A DNA stretch of 64,000 nucleotides, from assembly GCA_977030845.1 (NCBI GenBank), contig OZ365115.1, positions 17,050,001 through 17,114,000 on the forward strand, given 5' to 3'. Of the stretch, positions 39,101 through 51,100 are shown one piece after another. Position 1 is the stretch's first letter. Each line of letters starts with the position of its first letter. Origin of the DNA: Fimbriosthenelais zetlandica. Its lineage: Eukaryota. A model generated the notes under the pieces. That model did not search any database, was not told the origin of the DNA, and saw only the letters and a list, made by a program, of their open reading frames with translations. Both the position numbers and the translations under genes were made by a program.

Positions 39101-42100
39101 TGCGACTTGCTTGGCCTGAAAACCCCCAGAGAGAGATATAATATAATTAGATCATTTATTAAATAAAGTGTCCTTTCAAAATTAACAAAAATCCTGTTTA
39201 TCTGTAGGAAAATTCTAGGTTGAATATATATATATAGGTAGAGAGCAGCATTATATTCAGGTGTGATTGATTGATTGATTGATTGATTGAATGGGGTTTA
39301 ACGTCACTTTCAACAATTTTTCAGTTATATCATGACGGTGCCTACTTGTAACAGTGAGCCCAATGCTCTTTTATAGTGCTGTCTTATACTGAGGTATCAT
39401 GCCGCAGGTACCTGACATGATACATCACCCAGTCACATTATACTGACACAGCAATGCGCCATCATTGGGACTTTAATATGGCTTGTGACATTTGACTTTT
39501 AATGATCAGAGTTATGAATCGCTCACCCATTTAGTTCTGTCTCGACCCTGTAGTAGAGCCTCAGCCCGCTCTCGCTCGAGTTGCTCCAGCTCCTCTTTGC
39601 GTCTCTCTTTTCGTTCCTTGACACGGTCGCTGACAGTGGGTGTAGATATGAGACGTAACTTTTCCTGGAGTTCTTTCTGTTTCTCCTCCTGAATTTGCTC
39701 CAATTTGCTCCTCTGCTCCTCTAGCTGCTGCTCTATTAACTCATTAAAGCTAGGCTGCTGCTGCTCCGACTGGCGCTGGTACGCGTAGGCCATCTTAAAG
39801 GCATTACCTACTATGTTGTTTAATTCCTCGGCCTGGGGGAGATAATGAAAAATTATTATAATATAAGACAATAGGTCAAAATGACTATCAGAGACTATAT
39901 TAGAAAATAAAAATTTCTTTTTAAATGATAAAATATATTAATATATAATCAAGTATAAAATAATGAAATGTACCAAGGACTAATTTAAAGGAAATGGTAA
40001 ATTTCTGCAGGGAATTAACAGCAATAATAGGGACTCTAATAAAAATTTTAAAATCGTTCTTTTATTTTTTAAATATGACCAAGGGCTGGATGTGGGGCGG
40101 AATTAGACAAAACTTTTTAAATGGAGTGAATATCTTTATCCGTTCAGAAGTTATCGGGGATTGAACGGCCAAAAAATGGACAAGATTTCTCACTTTTTTA
40201 CTATAGGCCAGCGGAGAAGAAATTGGCACGTCACTGTGTAATGAACGTCTGTTTTTTATTCTGTCACACAAACTTTACTTTCCAACCAATTTTTGTCAAA
40301 TCTTCAACATATATTCAAATTATCTGGTGCTAAATGATTATGCAAGACTATTTGACCTTTGACCTTGGCGTCCCCTCGTAATATGTAGGTTAAAAGTCAG
40401 TTGTTCTAGAGAATCAATGCTAAAGGACTGCTGTTGAATCAGAAATCTAATAACGGCTTTTACTCTTTCATCTTAAAGCTCCATATTCTACATATCTTAA
40501 GCTACGTATAGGTTTTTGTTTCATCGAGATCGACCCGGTAATTGCTTCAGAATTTAAACTTAAATTAACGCTGTTCTCGGACTAAAATTGTTTGGCCTTG
40601 TGGTGGTCTCACAGTGCAGCGGTCATTCACTTTCTGAGTAAGGCCAGAAAGTTGTATTGTTTGTTTCTGGTTCAACGACTGACCATCATAAAATCGCCCA
40701 TAGAATCGTCGACGTCATCGCCATTCTTTACGGGTTTTAGCCCAAAATAAAAAATCTAAAGTCCTGACTCTCCTCTGAAAAATTGAAATCTACGTTGGTC
40801 TTAAAAATGTTATGTGACCTGAAACAGTACTTTTTTGTTTGGCCTAACTGTAGTAAGCTGGGCCGGTGGTCGAAAAATACATAAAGAATCTATTTGGATA
40901 TTACACAGACTGCGCCGGTCCTAATACAATCAAAACCGACATAGACATGGAGTAGAAATGTCGAAAAAGGTGTCTAAACCATCAAAACGAACGGCCCGCT
41001 TATATTTACAGAGATTTCGGCGATTAATTCTCGGCTCGGAGCAGAAGCTCGGCTTGCCTATTGCAGTTTAGTGTATTAGCTTTACAGGTCGGGAAACGTC
41101 AATGTAGAATCTTGCGTTCCATATTTAACGGACTGCGCCGGTCCTAATAGCAATAAAAGTTTCTGATTATGGGGTAAAAATGTCTGAAAAAGCCGCCTAG
41201 ATCATCAAATTGAGCGGCCCGAATAGAATTCTTGAAGATATTTGCGATTGTAAGTTACCCCGTTTTCTCTTGGACAATAGACATAGGAAGGACCTGTCGT
41301 ATTATTATGAAAAAACGACCATCATGTACGTCTATTCGTGTTCTTTCAAATGCGGTAAAATAGAAGTTGATCAGATATGTTGGGACTGAGCAATGCCTCA
41401 AAACGTGAACACTACCAAATCAGTACTGTCAAGTCGCGAGCCAATTTTCACATGCCCAGCTGGGTGAGAATTTGAGCGGTGGATTGCACGCGTTACTAGA
41501 GTCCCTAGCAATAACATTAAACTTAAATTAAAGCTTCTTAAATTTAGCTTAAGAAATAAAATTTAAAACTTTTACAATAATAAATGCCCAGGCTATAAAT
41601 TTTATGGAGTGGCAAGGAGTGACTAATGTATATCACATACCAAGAAAGGAAATAACTTTTGAGTTGAAAACATTTTTTTAAATATTTTGGAAAAATTGTA
41701 GAGTGTAAAAATATAACATTTTACCTGCTCAGGTGAGGTGGTGATGAAGGCGTGACAATACTGGACACTGGTGTGACCCTTTGGTTCCCGAGCCAGAAAG
41801 GAGAATTGTCTATTGTCAGGATCACAGGTGGCATAAGATATACGCTTCAACGCATGGGCCATATATACACTCTGTAAATAAACAAAATCCATTTTTAGTA
41901 ACTGATTATTTAGTGGTTATAGCCGAGAGGTCTTTCTGAATGTGCGCACTACCTAAGGTCAATAATATTATAACAGGTGGTGGAGGGAGATAACCTCTAA
42001 TCGACCAAGTGAGAAAGCAAAGTATCCACTATCTTAGATTGATTATAACAGGTATAGTTGAGGGAGATAACCTCTAATCGACCAAGTGAGAAAGTAAAAT

Positions 42101-45100
42101 ATCCACTATCTTAGATTAATTATAACAGGTAGTTGAGGGAGGTAGCCCCTAATCGACCAAGTGCAAAAGTAAAATATCCACTTCCTTAGATCAATTATAA
42201 CAGGTAGTGGAGGGAGATAGCCTTTAACCGACCAAATGAGAAAGTAAAATATCCACTAACTCTTTACCAGTTAATCGCTTCAACGGCTTGAGGAGTTTCG
42301 GACCCCAAAACAAGAGTCAAAAAGTTTGCAATCTAACCAATTCCCTCCTTAAGGACCTCCACTTCCAATTCCACGATCAAGTCTCTTTCTTAAGATAAAC
42401 CGTTCCTTAAATTTTCCTATATTACACAAAGAAGCAATGCTTTTACCAGCAGAAAACGATAAAAATTCCATATATGTAATTATTACAAACCCTAGTTCCT
42501 TCTATCTTCGGTCCACACCCCAACACAAATGATAAATATCTCAACACAAGAGAGATCTCACACTTAACAGTGATAGTGATGTCATAATAGGTCAACAAGG
42601 TTCCCCGTTCTAAATAACTTCTTGCTGACATCAGATCTGTTCAGGATTTCTTGGATCAGTTTTTCTCCTCAGATAGACAGACACCAAAAGCCACAGAAGT
42701 AATTGGGGTTTTTATTTTATTGCAAAAGAATTTAAATGTACTGGTACATTCCAGAAATGTACTGAAAAAATACTTTTCCCTGAGTCATTTCTTTTCAGGT
42801 ATTATTTGAGTATTACTAAAAATACCAGCATAAGATATAGGTGGAAGGCAATCGTAAATACGGTTATTTTTCAAGAAAATCCTATACCCTTTTATCCAAC
42901 CCACTACCTCATTATACACCCCCCCCCCTCATCGTTCATGGTCCTCACTCCTGTCATCACCTCAGCCCAGCCCAACCAACCCCGCCCCCCATCCCTTTAT
43001 CCCCATGCAACCCTTCAAATCCCACCCATCAACACAAGCTTAATCCATCCCTTCATTATACTGTATTATGTCTGCTGCGTGTATCTTTTCCAATCAGCCT
43101 ACTGGGCAAACACGATCTATAATAGTACATGATCCGACCGCTGGCAACCATTGGACTGTTTGATGAGCAAACAGGAGTGTCGATCGTACGGTCAATTTTG
43201 AAGCACTTCTCTCATCACATCTTTCTCATACTGATCAGTATATATATGAGCATTGCATCCAGGTGACAAGGTGAGTAACTCAGTAAGGTACAATATCCTA
43301 GAGTTATAATACTCCCATTTAAGAAACCGATACTCAACTTTGGTCTAAAAAAAAGAGCCAACAGTGTACAAAATTCATCCAAAAAGGCATTTCTAAGATG
43401 TGAGAAGTTTAGTATAAGATACACGAATTATTATATCGACTCACTGAAGAATAACTTTCTTCTTTCCCCTATTTTTTATTTGTTTTATACTGAGCCGTCG
43501 ACAGTTTAGGTTTTTATTTCGCGAAAAGATCAAACTGCGATTTTCAAAGCTAACAAAGACACTCAAATCATCAATTTAAGATCTGGATCTTCTGCCGCAA
43601 CTGCCACAAGCGTACCTGCCGTTATCAGAGCCTTGCTATTTGCAAATGGCTTGGCAGATATGTACAGTACAGTCTGTTCACTCTAAGTTGATCCGAAACT
43701 ACCATACATATGTACTGTGGTTTCGGATCAACTAAGTGGAAGCCATAGAAAAGTCAACAAAAAGGGCCAGCCGCAACAAAAAGGTAATACTCGGATAGCA
43801 AAAGAACCCCAGTGGAGGGTCCCCATGAACAGTTTCACAGAGGCAAAGTTGGCTAGGTTTGGACAGGTATACATACATGTATATGAAAAGCATTCTAGTG
43901 AGTGTTGATGTTATCTTTGAGTCACTGTATTTTAATGTGACCTGTACGTGCGCACCTGTCGCATAAGTCATTAATGTATGAAAAATCAATATTATTATCT
44001 TTGGAGGGTTTATATCCTAAATTTATACTAGATCTCCTCAAACCCCTACCAAAAGACATCACCAGGAGGCATAATTTCCTCACATTATCACGTGTATGTG
44101 TTTTATCCCTTTGACATAATAACAGATCCATAATCTTCAAATCCCTCTAACCATAACTTGCTAGTTACATAAATGCGCACTATAGGTTACCATACAAGTT
44201 AATCTTCCCCACGCGGAAACATTCACTTTTTATATTGTCCTTTGAAAACTATTAAAGTCCATTGGTGATTGAATATGTATATCAATGAGTGAATTATGTA
44301 CTTAATAATTATGGATGTGTAGTAATAAAGTGGTAATAAAGATTATATTTGCATACCATATGATAGCACCGCATCGCACCAAATGGTTAAAAGATTAATA
44401 AATCAAAATTCACTACTAACTTCCTCTGACCTCTCCTTTTTAAACAATGCCTGTTCCATCCAGTTCGGCATTTGAAATGTATACTTCCTGTTAATTGGCT
44501 GACAAATTATTCTTTCCAGACAGGGAATTGAGGAAGGAGACGAGAAAAATGGCAGGACAGGAGGATCTGAAATATAACAGCCTTAGAAAGGTGACTTATA
44601 TTCTAACATGGTGTACAGCGACCATCTTGTACACCAATCAATGGATACAGGCCTACCGCAAACACCCCGACTACCTCCAGCTCACCGCCTCTCAATTCTC
44701 TATCGCTCTCATCATCCAACTGTTATATCTACTTCTCTACAAGAGAGACAACCACAGAGGAGAGCTCCAAAAATGGCCAAATTTCCTCGAGTCCACAGTC
44801 GTGGGTTTCCTTTTCTTGATTTCAGATTTGTGCCTCACCGCAGCCTTTGTAACTACCCCAGTGGCTGTGGTCTTCACAATCAAACTTCTGGATCCTGGTA
44901 TCAGCAAGATGAGATATGTCAAAGATTATCGCATAGGTTATCTCATAAAGGATCTCTTACCAGTGGCCGTCTTAGTTGCCATAGTAACAGGACTAAACCC
45001 GGGCTTTACAGGAAGTGGCGCCATCTTTGCCACCATTTCACTGGTAACATTTCATTTGGGTCGTAACAGATTGAAGGGTCCAAACCAAACAGTGATTGAA

Positions 45101-48100
45101 AATTTGGAGCCCCAAAAGATGAATTCAAAACTGAATTTCTTCGGAAGTTGTGGAGATGAAGTTGTTATTTTCATGACATTGTTGACTGGTAGTTTACTGG
45201 GTGTTGCTGGTGTTTTGATCCATGGACAAATCAATGCAAATTTCTGTCACACCATCAGACCGCAAGTGGCTTGGTTGGCACTCTACTTTTTCATCCAAAA
45301 GAATATGTCCTTATTGTTCTATATGGGGACGACCAGGTCATACTCTGGAACGATCAGTAGCCTACAAACTGTCTCAATAATCCTGGCAAGCACTTTCTTA
45401 CAGAGAAATGCAGTCTCTGTCCTATCAACATTGGTAACTTTGGCTGCTGTCCTAGTGGTCTGCCTGCAGGACTTTCTGGGTAAGAAATCAGATCAGGAAG
45501 GGGAAAGGACATCTCAGATTACAACCGATTCCTCTACTTTTAGTTCTACAAGGTCTACGGTGAGGTTCGTTAGGTTTCTAGCTGTCACGTTTCTAATCTA
45601 CCTTGCTGTACTCCATACCTGCAACACAAAGACAGGTTCACTAAAGAAAGGGGAGGGACCACCAACAATACGCGTGGCTTGGACCTTTACAGAAAATATA
45701 TCGGACGCACATCTGAAGAACTTTTTGAACATACAACATAGTTTTCCTGGCTCAAAAATGGAAATTTTTTGTTCAAATGAAGCCTGTATGAAATCTGTAG
45801 CCACCATGAGCAGCACACAAGATGTCAAGGCTTCTCGTTTACAGATTTTTGACTTGACAAATGGCACTCCTTTACATCAGTGGGTCTCCAGACATCCAAT
45901 TTTGAAAATTCAGGCAGGGCCCCACTATGAGAGACACTTACAAAAGGTGCTGCAATTAGCTCTTCTATGGAAGTACGGCGAAATCGTAGTGGATGCCAAT
46001 ATAAAAATAACTCATATGGAAGCATTTGAAACCAAAGTCAGGAAAATGGATGGCAATGTATGCTACAATGGAAATAACCTGCCTTTAGCATTGTGCTACA
46101 CTGAAAAATCAGGTCATCCATTTATAAGGCATTTGATGACGAATTTTGTTGCCAGCTATCAAATCAAGGGTCCGACAGTGTGGCCTTCTAAATGGCAATA
46201 CAAACAGGACATTTGGCCTTATGACTTTGATTTTACCAATTTTGTGGATAACTACTCACATAATTGCACACATCCATGTACCAAAATCCCAATAAAAAAT
46301 ACATCGCCAAGTCTAGCCTTAGATAGGGTCTTAAAAAGAAAAAAAATTGCCCTGTTAAGCTACACTACAACAAACTTTGGGGACGAAATCCAGAGCTTGG
46401 CAGTAGCACATCTTTTGCCTCGTGTGGATTATTTAATACAACGAGAAAACCCTAAAACAATACCAGCCGAAGATGTTGTTCTTGTAACAAACGCATTTTG
46501 GACACATAAAGGGATACTTTTTCAATCACCTAACTCTATTAAACCTCTATTAGTGTCCGTGCATTTGAATAACATTATAAAAGGTATAGAATCTAAGGTT
46601 ACAAAATCTAAGGAGTATTTCATAAAACATGGGCCTGTGGGAACAAGAGACACCAACACCTTGAAAATATTTAAATCTCTTGGAATTCCAGCTGTCTTTT
46701 GTGGGTGCATGACATTGTGGATTAAAAACCCATTTGATTACGGACACCCCAGAGGGAACAAGATATACATAGTGGACATCCAGGGGTCACCTAAACAGTT
46801 ACTTCCTAATTCTATAATAAAAAATGCCAAAGTCCTGCAGCACTCTCTGGGAACGCCACGGGGAAGTCAGGTACGCTTTCGTGTGGCAGAAGAGCTGCTA
46901 CGAATGTACGCTCAGGCAAAACTAGTCATTACAGGACGAATACATGTGGCACTTCCCTGTGTAGCCCTGGGCACGCCTGTAATTTTCCTAAACAAAAAAA
47001 CACTCTATGGTGCGACATCTGAATCGCCTTCAGCCAGAGTGACTGGGTTGTTAGATCTGTTCCATACAGTAGATTGGTATAAAATGACAGACGTAGAAAT
47101 TAAGAATTTCTTACATAACTTTAACTGGGATAATCCGCCACCTAATCCCAATCCTGAACTCGCACGCAAGCTGATGAAGACAACCAAGGGGATGGTAACA
47201 AAGGATGAAAGTATAAAAAATGCTATGGACATGTACTATGATTTTAATGCTTGATGTTCTGAATTCCCATTCCCAAAAGAAGCGTCCACATGCAGAACGA
47301 TCTAAACCACATTCATACTATTGTGTGAAAATCCAGGTAGTAGATTCAAAACATCATACGTTAAACTAGGAAGGCCAATCTTTATACCCTTGCAGTCAAG
47401 GGCTGGAATTATTTTTAACATGTCTTGAGTTCGCAAACCAAAGGTTGAATACTGATGGTGCTGCTATCACCAATTCACTAGTTGTGACTCTGTTCTGCTC
47501 ATGGATCGACGCTTGAACTGTCTTACTTTGAGCGGTAATTCAAAATGATGTACAGTGTATGTTTTTTGGTTTGTAATTTTCCGGGAGATTTTCGGGTTAT
47601 TTTCTTCAATAAAATCATAGCAGGTTATTCAATATTTTGTTATGATTAATAAAAACCAGTCCTTACAAGTCGAGATAACGTTTTAGCTCTCAGACAGATG
47701 ATAAAATTTACGACTTTTTAAGACCTATCCCAGCAGGCACAAGACGTCTTCACAACGTCTTTAGACGTTGTAGATTAGACGTTGTGAAGACGTCTTGTGC
47801 CTGCTGGGATGAGCTTTATATAAGAGCTAAGACCTAAAAAAACAGGTTGCAAATGACAAACACAGAATCCTAACAGTTACTATGTACTGTAAGAAGCACT
47901 AGAGAAGCACTGGAGTACCAGTCGGTGCTGCCCTCTGTCAAAACAGATTACTACTCATCACTTTCTTATGGCGACCAATTTTACTATTAAGATAGATGCA
48001 TACTTTAATTACATTTTTTTTTTCAAATTACATCAAAAACCTGGACATGTTCAATTATGTGAATAGTTATCCACAAATACGGTGAAATTGAAATCATAAG

Positions 48101-51100
48101 ACCAAATTTCCCTTTTGAATATCAATTCATAAGGCGACACTGAAGGACCCTTGAATTGATAGCTGGCAACAAACAACTGATTGTTCAGTTTGGATGTCTT
48201 GAGACCCACTTATATGAAGGAATGCCGTATGTCAAAATCTGTAAACAATAATAATAAGCATCCGAAAAAACCGACCGACCTATTTGCTCATAATTATGCT
48301 TAATTATATTCATTACATAGCCCCATGGCCATAACGTCAGGTTAATGATGTCATCTTTAGATTGTAGATCGATGTGAAGGGTGTACACCCACCGACAAAA
48401 CATCCCAGAAAACATTTAATGTACAAGTAAGAAAAGGTAGTATTTCACTCTGAGTGACGTCTAGAGATGATTTCAGGGGTGGTACAGAGCCCACCCACTC
48501 ACCAACCCCATCCCTCCTCATTCGAATGTACATTCGAAGTCCAAAGGTTCTTCCACATAGGAAGATAATAAAAAATATTATTTCTTCAATTAACTCGACC
48601 CATTCTCAAAGATACATCTATAGAAAAAGTGTATCACGTGTAATATTTGTCACACATGGATTTGCATTAGAAGCTGCTAAATTAGCAAAAAACCACTATT
48701 GGCAAGGGGACGGCTATTAGCAAGGTAAATTGCTATTAGTAAGGGGACTGCTTTTAAACATTCTTGGTGAATATCTTTCACAACACGGAAATTAGGGAGG
48801 AGAAATGACGAGAAGTGGAAATCTGAAGTGTAGCAGCCTACAGGTGACTTATATTCTAACATGGTGTACAGCGACCATCTTGTACACCAATCAATGGATA
48901 CAGGCCTACCATAACCACCCCGACTACCTCCAGCTCACCGCCTCTCAATTCTCTATCACTCTCACCATCCAACTGTTCTGTCTACTTCTCTACAAGAGAG
49001 ACAACCACAGAGGAGAGCTCCAAAAATGGCCAAATTTCCTCGAGTCCACAGTCGTGGGTTTTCTTTTCTTGATTTCAGATTTGTGCCTCACCGCAGCCTT
49101 TGTAACTACCCCAGTGGCTGTGGTCTTCACAATCAAACTTCTGGATCCTGTTATCAGCAAGATGAGATATGTCAAAGATTATCTCATAGGTTATCTCATA
49201 AAGGAGCTATTACCAGTGGCCATCTTAGTTGCCATAGCAACAGGACTAAACCCGGGCTTTACAGGAAGTGGCACCATCTTTGCCACCATTTCACTGGTAA
49301 CATTTCATTTGGGTCGCATCAGACTGAAAGATCCTAATACAGGAGTGAATGAAAATTCCAAAAAGACAGGATGTGAAAAATTGAACTGCCTTCCAAGATA
49401 TGAAGTTGTTATTTTCATGACATTGTTGACTGGTAGTTTACTGGGTGTCGCTGGTGTTTTGATCCATGGACAAATCAATGCAAATTTCTGTCACGCCATC
49501 AGACCGCAAGTGGCTTGGTTGGCACTCTACTTTTTTATCCAAAAGAATATGTCTTTATTGGTCTATATGGGGACGAGCAGGTCATACTCTGGGACGATCA
49601 GTAGCCTACAAACCGTCTCAATCATTCTGGCAAGCACTTACTTACAGGGAAATGCAGTCTCTGTCCTATCAACATTGGTAACTTGGGCTGCTGTCCTAGT
49701 GGTCTGCCTGCAGGACTCAGATCGGAATTTAAGGGAAAACAGATCTCAGACTACGACAAATTCTTCTGATTTTTCATATGGATCTGGTCTGATGTCTACA
49801 CTGAAGTTCGCCAGATTTCTAGCTATCACATTTCTAATCTATCTTGCAGTCTTCCACATCTGTAGAAATAGCCAGGGAAAACCACCAACAATACGTGTGG
49901 CTTGGACCTTTACAGAAAAGATATCGGACGCACATCTGAACAACCTTTTGAATGTACAACATAGTTTTCCTGGCTCAACAATGGAAGTTTTCTGTTCAAA
50001 TGAAGCCTGTATGAAATCTGTAGCCATCATTAGCAGTGCACAGGATGTCAAGGCTTCTCGTTTGCAGATTTTTGACTTGACAAATGGCACTCCTTTACAT
50101 CAGTGGGTCTCCAGACATCCAATATTGAAAATTCAGGCAGGGCCTCACTATGAGAGACACTTACAAAAGGTGCTGCAATTAGCTCTTCTATGGAAGTACG
50201 GCGAAATTGTAGTGGATGCCAATATAAAAATAACTCATATGGAAGCATTTGAAACCGAAGTCAGGAAAATTGATGGCAATGTATGCTACAATGGAAATAA
50301 CCTGCCTTTAGCATTGTGCTACACTGAAAAATCAGGTCATCCATTTATAAGACATCTGATGACGAATTTTGTTGCCAGCTATCAAATCAAGGGTCCGACA
50401 GTGTGGCCTTCTAAATGGCGATACAAAAAGGACATTTGGCCTTATGACTTTAATTTTACCAACTTTGTAGATAAATATTCACATAATTGTACAAATCAAT
50501 GTACTGGAATACCAATTAAAAACTCATCAATAACATTTGATAAGGTTTTAAAAGGACAGAAATTCGCCCTTTTATGCTACAGTTCGGACAATATTGGGGA
50601 CGAGATCCAGAGTTTGGCAGCAGCACATGTTTTGCCACGTGTGGATTATTTCATACAACGAGACAACCCTAAAACAATACCTGCCGAAAATGTCGTACTT
50701 ATAGCTAATGGATTCTGGCCAAAAGAAGGCATACTTTTCCAGTCCCCTAACACGATCAAACCTCTCTTGGTGGCAATGCATTTGGATAACATTATAAAAG
50801 TTATAGAATCTAAGGTTACAAAATCAAAGGAGTATTTCATCAAACATGGACCTGTGGGAACAAGAGACATCAACTCTTTGAAAATATTTCATTCACTTGG
50901 AATTCCAGCTGTATTCAGTGGTTGCATGACGTTGTGGATTCGGAACGCATTTGGTCATGAACAGCCCAGGGAGAATAAGATATACATAGTAGGGTCATCT
51001 GAGCCATTACTTCCTCAGTCGGTGAGAAAAAATGCGATCTATTTGACTCACACAGTTAATTTTCCAAACAATAAATACGAGCGCTTTCGTGTGGCAGAAG

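Noticed and set aside
44495-44548. TTG-initiated 18-aa extension of copy 1
   Set aside because: Overlaps the branch point and acceptor; ATG 44549 aligns with the starts of copies 2 and 3.
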